A stretch of DNA of 64,000 nt. Origin: Octopus sinensis. Its lineage: Eukaryota. The notes beneath the pieces are model-generated. The model did no database searches and was not told where the DNA came from. It saw only the letters and a program-made list of their open reading frames with translations. Location of the stretch: positions 38,440,001 to 38,504,000 of the forward strand of contig NC_043010.1 of the NCBI RefSeq assembly GCF_006345805.1, read 5' to 3'. The position numbers were made by a program, and so were the translations under genes. Shown in pieces: positions 37,901 to 47,905 of this stretch (positions are counted from its first letter, which is position 1; every line of letters starts with the position of its first letter).

Positions 37901-40900
37901 TCAGTTTGATGTCTTTATTTTATTTATTGTGATGTAGACACGGAATTTATTTTATCCTCTCCTGCACGAGATGAGAGATGGAAAGAGAGAGAGATCCTTC
38001 CCAAGTCATATAGGCTCATAGGGCAAGTTTCTGTGGCACATATACTGCCCACTGGATGGAATGCCAGTCTGCTGCAGGGTTACTGATTTTTGCCAGCTGA
38101 GTGGACTGGAGTGACATGAAATAAAGTGTTTTGATCAAGAACATAATGTATTGCTCTGTCCTGGAATCAAAACCATAATCTTAGGATCAGGACTCTAACA
38201 CCCTAACTACTAAGCCATGTGCCTCCTACACAAGGTAAAAATACAAACTATACTTCTTTCAGTCTATATGGCTGGCAGCAGAACCTTCATTTCATCATCA
38301 TCATCATTTAACGTCCGTTCTCCATGCTAGCATGGGTTGGACGGTTCGACCGGGGATCTGGGAAGCCAGAAGGCTGCACCAGGCTCCAGTCTGATCTGGC
38401 AGTGTTTCTACAGCTGGATGCCCTTCCTAACGCCAACCACTCCATGAGTGTAGTGGGTGCTTTTTACGTGCCACTGGCACAGGTGCCAGGCGAGGCTGGC
38501 AATGGCCACGATCGGATTGGTGCTTTTTACATGCCACTGGCACAGAAGCCAGTCAAGGCGGCACTGGCTTCGGCCACGTTTATGCCCAATAATGTCATTT
38601 CAAAAAATGCATAGCTGTGATGAGCAAGACGCAATGGCTTGATGATTAAGATATTTTGTTTTGTAATAATTTAATCACGAAAGGAGGTGCAAGATACCTA
38701 TGCCCTTTACAAACCTGTCCAGACCTATGCACTTTATAGACCTTACTATAGTAAGATTGGTGTTATAGGTGCTTAGCCTAAATACATGTAACTAGAGAGT
38801 GACTATTTTTTTTATGGCTCATCGTATTGCAATCTGACCTCCTCCTGGGTCAGATACGCAATTCTGTTGTGAAAGGTGTCAGTTTCTCAACCATTCTTCT
38901 CTAAGATGTCTTGAATGAATCCTTAATAAGATTATAATATTTCTCCTCATTTGCCTGATTTTTTTAACAAAAGATTGTTTCCTTTTAATTTTGCTTTCAG
39001 TAAAGTTTTTGCTTGGAATCCAGCAAGAAACTTTACTTGTACCATGCACACATTCAGGAATAAAAGACCTGATAATAATGAGAGATTAGATTGAAAACAA
39101 TCTCCTCTGTCCAAAGATTCTAATTTTAACGACTTTTCTTCATTCTCTCTTTACTCCCTGTGAATTGCAGGCCGTAAACAAGACGGGAGCAAACGCTACT
39201 GTGATATTCGTACCGCCTCCAGCGGCAGCTAAAGCAATAGATGAAGCTATCGATGCAGAAATTCCTCTCGTTGTGTGCATTACTGAAGGAATTCCACAGC
39301 AGGACATGGTGAAGGTGAAGCACAAACTAGTCCGACAGAGCAAGACCAGGTTAATTGGTCCAAACTGTCCTGGAATTATCAAGGTAAGTGTTGAGCGAGT
39401 GCTGAAGGAAAGCACAGGTTCTGTGGTGCTTTCTTTGTTGCATAATTTTTTTTTTTACTCCTGTTATTTAATGAGTTTTTATTATCACTAATGAGAGATT
39501 AGGGCAGTGAGTTGGCAGAACCATCAGTGTGTCAAACAAAATTCTTTTAGCCATTTCTTCCGGCTCTTTACATTCTAAGTTCAAATTATGCCGAGGTCAA
39601 ATTTACCTTTCATCCTTTTGCGGTGGGGGGTGGGGATAAATAAGTACCAGTTAAGTACGGGAGGAAATCCATGTATCTCACTAGCTCCTTCCCCCAAAAT
39701 TTCAGGCCTTGATCCTTTGGTTGAAAAAATTATTATTACTGATGAAATTTGAGAATGATGGATTGTTATTTTGTCTGACACTGTAACAAAATACCTTGTG
39801 CTATTTCTTCCAGCATTCTTTAAATTCTGCCAAGATCAACTCCACCTTTGATCCCTCCAGGTTGATAAGAAATAAATTACAAGTCAAGTACTGAGGTTGA
39901 TGTAATCAACTAACCCTAACTACCCCAGCTTTCAAAATTCCTGCCCTTGTGCCTAAATTTTATATTATTTCTGATGGAATAGCAGTGGAATGGTTGATGA
40001 CAAATAGGAGGGAATTGGACTAAATGGTTTTGCAGTATTTAGTTACGTCCCTTTACATCAAGAGTTTTGCTTTTCGTCCATCCATCAAAAAAGGTCAATA
40101 GAATAAATATTAGTTGAAGATTTCCTGATTTTCTCCAAAATTGCATGGTCATGTGCCATAGATTTTGGTCAGTTACACACTGGGGTCGATGTAATCGACT
40201 TAATCCCTTTGTATGTCCTTGTTTGTCCCCTCTATGTTTAGCTCCTTGTGTGCAATATTCAAATTGATTAGATGTTCACTCCTATTATAGACATCAGCAA
40301 AGTGTACAAGAGAAACAATTATAGTGATGTACATAGATGATATAACTGAAGCTAAATGCTGAGTGAAATGATGTCTTAGTGAACTTCATTGAAGAAATAA
40401 TGAGGTCAAATTTAAGGGTTCAGCTAGACCTCATAAAAAAAATTGTTGAAAGACTGCAGTTAGCTGTAAAATAGAACTGATGCCCATGGCAGCATAAAAA
40501 TGCAAATTTCAAAGCAATTGTGTTTGTCCCTAATGTTGTTATCATCATGATCATCATTAAGGGGATGAATTGGCAGAATTGTTACTGAAGTAATAAATGC
40601 CTTTTTATATATGTTCCAGTGTAGGTCTTTACCCTCTGAGATCAAATTCTGCCATGGTCAACTTTACCCTTCATCCTTTTGGAGCCAATAAAGTACCAGT
40701 CATGTACTAGGGTCGATATAATCAACTTGTCCCTCCACTCAAAATTTTATGTAGTTTGTTACCCGTGTTTGTTACATTTCTTCTGTTTCTTTACATTCTG
40801 AATTCAAATCCTACTGACATCTACTATGCTTTTCATCTCTTTGGGGTTGTTAAAATAAAGTACCAGTCAAGGACTGAACTCAGTGTAATTGACCTTAAAA

Positions 40901-43900
40901 AACTCCCCTTAAATTCACTATTCTTGTGTCAAAACATTAAATCATTATTTATTTATTTATTTATTTATTTTAAAGCCTGGAGAATGTAAAATTGGTATTA
41001 TGCCAGGACATATTCACCAACAAGGTAACATTGGTAAGTATATCGCCCTTAACTATATTATATAATTTAAATTGGTGTACATTTAAGCTACACTAGGTGT
41101 TTGCACTTCAAATTTGAAGAACAGTGTAATGTTGCAGCAATACTATGACCATTTTTCTTTTTATTGCATCATGCATCAAAAGTGGCATGAATAATTACAG
41201 CATCATTATATTAATGTAGATAGACATCTTGGTAAAAAAATACTCTTGTGACAACATGTATTGTGCCAAGTGATATTTGGATGGCAGTGGTTATTTTTAG
41301 CACCAGCTCAGCCCTGATCAAACACACTTAAAAATATACTTCAGACTTACAATTTCATTTGTTTTTGTTTTTTCTCAACAATAATATTTCAAGGAATAAT
41401 TTTACTTGTTTTGCTTTCTGTGATTAAAGTGGCCCACAATATAATTCGAGTTGGCCAGTCCTGGTCTAAGGAATATCATCTGTAATAGAGACTAGCATCC
41501 TATCCAAGAAAAATATTTCTCTGTTTCATGCCATGGAATTGGTGCTAAACACTGGCCCTCAAAGGCTTTTGAGTGTTTTGGAGATATTTACATTTTGCAT
41601 GTTAGCATTTGTTATAGTTAATTACTTGCAGGTATGATAAACTGTCAGATTTCCTAATGAATAGATTGAGAAAAACTGATCAACGAATTCAGCATTCCCA
41701 TCTAATTTTCTGTATGTTTCTATTTCTTTATTTTTTTCCTCCTTTATGAAACACTGTTACTATCAAGGAATCGTTTCACGTTCCGGCACTCTAACATACG
41801 AAGCTGTGCATCAGACAACTGCTGTAGGCCTTGGACAGACATTGTGTGTTGGTATTGGAGGGGATCCTTTCAACGGAACAGATTTCATTGATTGTTTGGA
41901 AGTCTTCATCCAAGACCCTAAAACAAAAGGTAAAAATTATTTTGTAAATGTTTCTGTTCATACTGGCATGGGTGATGCATTTATTTATTTTCAAAGATCA
42001 GGTTAATCTATAAATGTGTGGGAGTACTAAACAACTACCAGAAATCTACATTATTTACATTTGATGGATATTTGTCCTCATCTTGTTTGTTGTTAACACA
42101 ATGTTTTGGCTGATATACCCTCCAGCCTTTATCGGGTGTCTTAGGAAACTTTCGAACCTGGGTTCTCATTCCTAAGGTATTTTTTTATATTATTATTATT
42201 ATTATTATGCCATGGGCATATGGCGTAGTGGTTAAGAGCGCAGGCTACTAACCCCAAGATTCTGAGTTCGATTCCAGGCAGTGACCTGAATAATAATAAT
42301 AATAACATCTCCAGCTTACCACCTCCACTCAAACTGTCTAACCCATACCAGATTGGAAAACCGACATTAAAGAATGATGATGATGATGGAAGGGAATAGA
42401 ATGAGTGCTCAAACTCAGTACCCAGTGCAAACATTGAGCGCATAAAACTTGCTCTAAGATTTCTGGGAAACTGAGAAAACATAGATTAAAAAGTACTCGA
42501 TCTAAAGGAACCAGTATCTTATGGCTTTTGAAGTTAAAGTCTATAGTTTTTCTTACCTATATACCCTAATTAGTATTGGAAAAGAAGTAGGAGTTTGGAG
42601 GTCAAATATCTACAGCAAGAAAGTTATAGAAGTTCAGGAAGCTGTTACAAGAACTGCAGAGTGAACTATTGCAATACTGATAGAGAAATGTCTGGCAAGA
42701 TCTGCTGGGATTTGATCTGAGAATGTTGTGGGGTGGTTTTGAGATTAGATGACAAAGGATAGAAGTGAATGAGAGATATGTGGTACAACTGATGGCTTTT
42801 TCCAAACCGAGGGATTGGTAGTATTTCGTCTCTTCTGTAAATTTAGTCTGAGTATAAATGGCTGTATGCATGATGATTTTGCAGGGACCTGAAGATGGTG
42901 AGAGAAGGGAGGAAGAAGCTATTAATACATCTCTTGTAAAACATTGTCTTGTAATGCATTTAAGAAATCATTGTGTAAATGTACTTCATTCATTTGTTGG
43001 GTTTTGTTTTATCAATTTCAGGAATTGTTTTGATTGGTGAGATTGGTGGCCAGGCTGAGGAAAATGCTGCTGAATATTTAAAGGCGCACAATAAGGTGAG
43101 CCTGTTTATATTGTAAATGTTTTTCTTGTCATATTTTCTTTCTTGTTAAGTAAAGTAATTGCTTAGTTAATAAGGTACCAGGAAATAACCATCCAAAAGG
43201 TTGACTGTTTTTAGTTTACCAGTGTTGTTTGATGTAGCTAAGAAAATTAACATTCAAATGAATCTGTTTTGAGATCACCTAAACAAAATAGATGGCTGGG
43301 TTAAGGAGGTACCAGAAAATCTCCATCTGACCAAAAGATCAGCAGTTTTATATCTTAACATTGTTATGTTTGAACTAGCCAAAATCATTAACATTTGCTT
43401 GACACTCTATTTTGAGTCCACCTAGCTGTAAGTAAGCCTTACAGAGTAGGAACAATTGTTACTTTGGCTTGTTGTACTGAATTAATTTCTCTACAGGCAT
43501 GGCTGTGTTCTCTACTTCTGCTCTTTTACAGACAGTGTGCCAGTAAGTGGTGCAATGTTTAGTAAGTCTGCTTGATACAGACTTTGTTGTTGAGGATTGT
43601 ATTGTTATGGTTTTCTTGCTGGTGGCAATGGTTGTGATGGACTTTGTTGTTGACGGCAACGGTTATGGTCCCTGTTGCTGGTAGCAACGGTTGTTATGGT
43701 CTCTGTTGCTAGGGACAACAGTTATAGATATTGTTGCCAATGACAATGATTGTAACAGTCTCTATTGCTGGTAGCAACACTGTTAAAAGTTTGTTGCTAA
43801 TGATAATAGTTGTTTCCAACTCTGCAAGATGCCACAGTGTATCTAACTGATATTACAGCTGCCACCGTACATCTATGTATATATATGTATATTTATGATT

Positions 43901-46317
43901 GTTCTCTTGTTTTTTAGGGTCCCAATGCAAAGCCTGTTGTGTCTTTTATTGCTGGCTTGACTGCTCCGCCTGGTCGACGTATGGGCCACGCTGGTGCCAT
44001 CATTGCTGGCGGTAAGGGAGGTGCTAATGAGAAAATAGAAGCTTTACGGGAAGCTGGTGTTCATGTGACTGATTCTCCTGCTCAGATGGGTTCCACTATG
44101 GTTAAGGTAAGTGCAAAGTATCATAACCATCACTATATTTTGTCCTTTCGTTTTTTTAACCCTTTGATGTTAACTGTAATGCTTATTTGTTTACATTATT
44201 TTGAACTATTCAAGTTCAAGAGGGGTGACCATAATATTTACTTGGAACACATATTTATATACACAACAGGCCTCTTTGTTTTTGCCTATAAGATCCACTC
44301 GCAGGGCTCTGGTCGGCCTGAGGCTATAGTATGACACTTGCCCAAGGTGCCATGCAGTAGGATCAAACCTAGAACCATATTGTTGGTAAGCAATCTTCTT
44401 ATAACACAGCCACACTTAAACATTTTGGAATACTTTGTTACATCCCTTTATACTCTTCAAATTTCTGTCGCGGAACTTTTTTCCTTTTTCTTTTTCTCCA
44501 CATCATCGTTCAAGCGGACGTTAAACGTTTAACATCCGCTTGAACGATAATGATGATGTGGAGAAAAGGAAAAAGAAAAATGTTCCACAACATTTCTGCT
44601 AGGCGTAGAAGTGGCTGTGTGGTAAGTATGTTGCTTACTAACCACATGGTTCCGGGTTCAGTCCCACTGCGTGGCACCTTGGGCAAGTGTCTTCTACTAT
44701 AGCTTCGAGCCGACCAAAGCTTTGTGAGTGGATTTGGTAGACAGAAACTGAAAGAAGCCCGTCGTATATATATATGTCTGGCACATGTGCAGGTGGCACG
44801 TAAAAAACACCCACTACACTCGCAGAGTGGTTGGCGTTAGGAAGGGCATCCAGCCGTAGAAACACTGCCAAATCTGACTGGGCCTGATGAAGCCTTCCGG
44901 CTTCACAGACCCCAGTTAAACCGTCCAACCCATGCTAGCATGGAAAACGGATGCTAAATGATGATGATGATGATATATGTGTGTGTGTGTGTGTGTTTAC
45001 GTCCCTGTAACTTAGCGGTTCGGCAAAAGAGACTGATAGAATAAGTACTAGGCTTACAAAAAATAAGTCCTGGGGTCAATTCACTCGACTAAAGGCGGTG
45101 CTCCAGCATGGCCACTGTCAAATGACTGAAACAAGTAAAAGAGTAAAAGAACAGAAATTTGAAGATTATAAAGGGATGTAACAAAGTATTGAAAAATTTT
45201 TAGGTGTGGCTGTGTGGTAAGAAGATTGCTTCCCGACAATATGGTTCTATTTAACGAAATATATACTTGTGAACTATTTGAATCACTTTCATCCAAATTA
45301 ACACACACATAATGAGACCTAATGTTCGAAGCACAACCTTCGAACATTAGGTCTCACCGAGGCAATGAGTAGTGACCAAGACCATTGGAAGTATGCTGTG
45401 CGTGAGAAGATCCCGCAGGACAAGTGAGGCCATAACCTGTGGCCTCTACCTGGGATATGTAGCCAGCCAACTTATGCATACCTTTCCTTCTTGGGACACA
45501 AAACTCTGCTTGCGAAAACCTGTTGAGGCAAGTGAATTGGAATCGCTCAAAATCAATGGAAATTGTAGTTGTGATACCAGTGCCAGTGGCACGTAAAAGA
45601 ACCATCCAAACATGGCCATTGCCAGCCTCGCCTGGCAACGTGCCGGTGGCACGTAAAAAGCACCCACTACATTCACGGAGTGGTTGGCTTTATGAAGGGC
45701 ATCCAGCTGTAGAAACACTGCCAGATCAGACTGGGCCTGGTGCAACCTCCTGGCCCCAGTCGAACCGTCCAGCCCATGCTAGCATGGTAAGTGGACGTTA
45801 AACGATGATGATGATGATGATATATATACTCTTTTACTTGTTTCAGTCATTTGACTGCGGCCATGCTGGAGCACCGCCTTTAGTCGGGCAAATCGCCCCC
45901 GGGACTTATTCTTTGTAAGCCCAGTACTTATTCTATCGGTCTCTTTTGCCGAACGATGGGAACGTAAACACACCAGCATCGGTTGTCAAGCAATGCTAGG
46001 GGGACAAACACAGACACACAAACACACACACACATATATATATACATATACGACAGGCTTCTTTCAGTTTCTGTCTACCAAATCCACTCGTAAGGCATTG
46101 GTCGGCCCGGGGCTATAGCAGAAGACACTTGCCCAAGATGCCACGCAGTGGGACTGAACCCGCAACCATGTGGTTGGTTAGCAAGCTACTTAACACACAG
46201 CCACTCCTGCGCCTATAATTTATAATTATAATTTGTAATTTATAATAAATATAATTTATTTTCTTTAGTAATCTTTTCTTTGTATATTTATTGCAGGCCA
46301 TGCAAATGCGTTCTTGA
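18439..46317 (+). CDS. SUCLG1: Succinate-CoA ligase [ADP/GDP-forming] subunit alpha, mitochondrial. Spliced CDS join(18439..18472,34295..34419,37764..37880,39171..39383,40976..41033,41768..41929,43022..43095,43918..44106,46297..46317), 993 nt, 330 aa
   Basis: All nine exons are GT-AG bounded, phase-compatible and sum to 331 codons. The translation carries the SCS-alpha motifs [67 protein letters not shown] and [11 protein letters not shown] (phospho-His codon 43987-43989). Confidence 0.96.
25045..25274. mobile_element. Second copy of the 3599 element, also fold-back but with a different turning point
   Basis: Arms ~25105-25160 and 25212-25265 share ctggggagagtcatt...caccggtaaa with 3628-3690. 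Confidence 0.75.
28700..28744 (+). ncRNA. Degenerate minimal hammerhead motif, copy 1 of a tandem pair
   Basis: UCUGUG CUGACGA AGAG AAAUAA CCCA GAAA CUGCGG UA UGCAAA. Confidence 0.6.
29027..29066 (+). ncRNA. Degenerate minimal hammerhead motif, copy 2 (3' strand of stem II deleted)
   Basis: UCUGUG CUGAUGA AAGGAAAUA GAAA CCACGG UA CGCAGA; stem I UCUGUG/CGCAGA pairs fully. Confidence 0.6.
29551..30123 (+). mobile_element. piggyBac-type MITE (CCC...GGG, TTAA) interrupted by a multimeric SINE-A
   Basis: ccctttagcatt / aatgctaaagggTTAA ends; the SINE insert 29746-30081 is flanked by the 16-bp TSD AGAATATTTTGGCCAG (29730-29745, 30082-30097). Confidence 0.8.
32922..33093 (+). mobile_element. piggyBac-type MITE
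   Basis: TTAA|CCCTCTTGTTAC ... GGTACCCAAAGGG|TTAA. Confidence 0.7.
34295..34419 (+). CDS. SUCLG1: SUCLG1 exon 2 ([42 protein letters not shown])
   Basis: tttgtttcag| acceptor, CAG|gtaata donor; TK.ICQG.TGKQ motif. Confidence 0.95.
34987..35568 (+). repeat. Dispersed direct duplication of ~165 bp (34987-35150 and 35403-35568)
   Basis: ctaattcttgacaaaaaa...gtagtaggacttaatccatt appears twice with a few substitutions. Confidence 0.9.
36086..36265 (+). mobile_element. 5'-truncated hammerhead-carrying SINE
   Basis: Begins in the B-box (cgattccaggcagtgac), then (AAT)n, linker, hammerhead and tail aaatgtaaataatgta; matches both halves of 42047-42309. Confidence 0.8.
36175..36220 (+). ncRNA. Hammerhead motif inside a tRNA-headed SINE (SUCLG1 intron 2, sense), 3' side damaged
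   Basis: GACAC CUGAUGA A AGCUG GAGGGUAUAU AAGCU GAAA CAUGUUUAC. Confidence 0.65.
36980..37201 (+). mobile_element. piggyBac-type MITE
   Basis: TTAA|CCCGTTCGTTACC ... GGTATCAAAAGGG|TTAA, 222 bp. Further family-like copies at ~30246-30460 and 51174-51400. Confidence 0.78.
37764..37880 (+). CDS. SUCLG1: SUCLG1 exon 3 ([39 protein letters not shown])
   Basis: ttttacag| acceptor, GAG|gtgagt donor, 117 nt. Confidence 0.97.
39171..39383 (+). CDS. SUCLG1: SUCLG1 exon 4 ([16 protein letters not shown]...[12 protein letters not shown])
   Basis: ttgcag| acceptor, AAG|gtaagt donor, 213 nt. Confidence 0.97.
40976..41033 (+). CDS. SUCLG1: SUCLG1 exon 5 ([19 protein letters not shown] + 1 nt)
   Basis: Not in the ORF track. 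ttttaaag| acceptor, TTG|gtaagt donor, 58 nt; [14 protein letters not shown] motif. Confidence 0.96.
41768..41929 (+). CDS. SUCLG1: SUCLG1 exon 6 ([54 protein letters not shown])
   Basis: tatcaag| acceptor, AAG|gtaaaa donor, 162 nt. Confidence 0.95.
42047..42309 (-). mobile_element. Hammerhead-carrying tRNA SINE with an inverted 5' half
   Basis: 3' half on the minus strand 42047-~42207; tRNA head on the plus strand 42214-42309 (A-box TGGCGTAGTGG 42221, B-box GTTCGATTCC 42266). Confidence 0.8.
42095..42140 (-). ncRNA. Hammerhead motif of the same SINE family (SUCLG1 intron 6, antisense), core mutated
   Basis: GACAC CCGAUAA A GGCUG GAGGGUAUAU CAGCC AAAA CA UU GUGUU; stems I (GACAC/GUGUU) and II (GGCUG/CAGCC) are intact. 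Confidence 0.65.
43022..43095 (+). CDS. SUCLG1: SUCLG1 exon 7 ([25 protein letters not shown])
   Basis: Not in the ORF track. atttcag| acceptor, AAG|gtgagc donor, 74 nt; IGEIGG.AEE motif. Confidence 0.96.
43590..43815 (+). repeat. Diverged ~28-31-bp minisatellite with an internal palindrome (GTTGCT-GGT-AGCAAC)
   Basis: About 6-7 degenerate units in SUCLG1 intron 7. Confidence 0.6.
43918..44106 (+). CDS. SUCLG1: SUCLG1 exon 8 ([27 protein letters not shown]...[11 protein letters not shown]), contains the catalytic His
   Basis: tttttag| acceptor, AAG|gtaagt donor, 189 nt. Confidence 0.97.
45313..45821 (+). mobile_element. 5'-truncated RTE-like LINE 3' end with a 19-bp hairpin at the truncation
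   Basis: [20 protein letters not shown] resembles the RTE ORF end (DR..W...V); followed by a 3' UTR with a (TGA)n tail. Confidence 0.7.
46297..46317 (+). CDS. SUCLG1: SUCLG1 terminal coding exon 9 (AMQMRS*)
   Basis: tttctttgtatatttattgcag| acceptor; an in-frame short C-terminus ending in TGA, as expected for the few residues remaining after exon 8. Confidence 0.8.
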   Translation, partial: AMQMRS

Positions 46318-46612
46318 AATACCAGATACATGCCATCTTTTGCTGCCATTTGAATCATGTGCTGTCTCTGTTGATGGGAGTGTGTATTTCCAGCAGTGGT
46401 TAGCAGCTATCAGTGATCCAGCAAATTAAAATTTCTTTTTTCCTATCCATCCTATCGTGGATCAGTGTTTTTCGTTTTGTTTTTTTTTAATACAAAATAT
46501 TGATGATGATGATGATGGTGCTTTTTCTTCTTTTTTTTGTTTGTTTAATTTAAACAATGTGTTTTTTTGTTTGTCCAATGATCACAATGAAGCTAAGGAG
46601 AGAATAACTAAC

Positions 46613-46619
<7 letters not shown>

Positions 46620-46653
<34 letters not shown>

Positions 46654-47871
46654 CATATATATATGTATATACACCCACACAAAAAAAATAATGTTAAAAG
46701 TATTATTGCTGTCGATTTAATTTAAGCCAATATTAATTTAGTAAAAGAAGGCAGCAAGCTGGCAAACTGGTTAGCGTGTTGAACAAAATACTTTGCGGTA
46801 TTTTGTCTGTCTTCACATTCTGAGGTCGACTTTGCCTTTCATCCTTTCAGGATTGATAAAATAAGTACCAGTTAAGCTTTGAGGGTCGATGTAATCAGCT
46901 TACCCACTTCCCCTGAAGTTGCTGGCCTTTTTCCGAAATTTGAAACCAATATTAGTTTAGTAAAAGACTAACCTGCTTTGTACTGAACATAAATTTGGGT
47001 GATTGGATTGGAGAGAGAAGAGAGAGGGAGCAGGAAGAAACTTAAGCCAAACAACCATAAACTTTTTAAGATTTGTTATGAAAGCCTCATGTAACAGAGA
47101 CAATCAGAACCTAAAACGTCAGGTTAATAGTAATCAACTGTTGTTGATTGGAAAATGTGCAGGAAGAAACATCATTTATTTCATTGACCATTTATTGTTT
47201 GAAGGGAAAAACAATCAATAAAAAATGTATTGATGATGCTTAATAGGATATTTATGTGTTGTGTGTCTGTGTTGGCTTTCTGTCACAACCAGAACTTGGA
47301 ATCATTTGTTTCTTTCTGTTTCTCTTTCAGTACTGACTCACATTCAAGTTGCCAGTCAATATAGAAAGATCAAGGCTGTAGTAAATTGGCAGAACTATTA
47401 GACTGGTGAATACAACACCTTGCTGTGTTTTAATTCCAGCTCTTTATGCTCTGGGTTCAAATCCTGCCATGGTCAATTTTACCTTTCATTCTTTCACTGT
47501 CTATTTAAGTACATGTCAAGTACTGCAGCCAGTTCTCTCTCTCTCTCTCTCCTCTCTCTGAATGGTACCTGTAATTCAAAAGATCCAGGCTTATCATATT
47601 ATGTCACACCTGTGCCAGTGTAACAGTTATGTTAAGTATATTTGTGTCGGAGGTGTACTTACCTGCTTATGCTTTCATTCATTTCATGTGTAGGAATTCT
47701 GTTGGGCAAAATAATTAAACGCTCGTCATTAACACTAATGAAGAAACCACCACCATGTAATAAAGATCTCTTTTTTTTTTTTTTTTTAAATTTTCTTTTC
47801 CCACTTGAGTAACTGGAGTAGCAACTCGAAACAGTCACTAAATCCTTTTATATATATTTCTATCTATATAT

Positions 47872-47905
<34 letters not shown>

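Noticed and set aside
42214-42290. Possible tRNA gene
   Set aside because: It has A and B boxes but no complete cloverleaf or acceptor stem, and it continues into the SINE body. The same applies to the other SINE heads.
47657-47760. Perfect minus-strand donor CAG|GTAAGT suggesting a convergent gene
   Set aside because: No acceptor or open frame upstream on that strand; insufficient evidence without transcripts.
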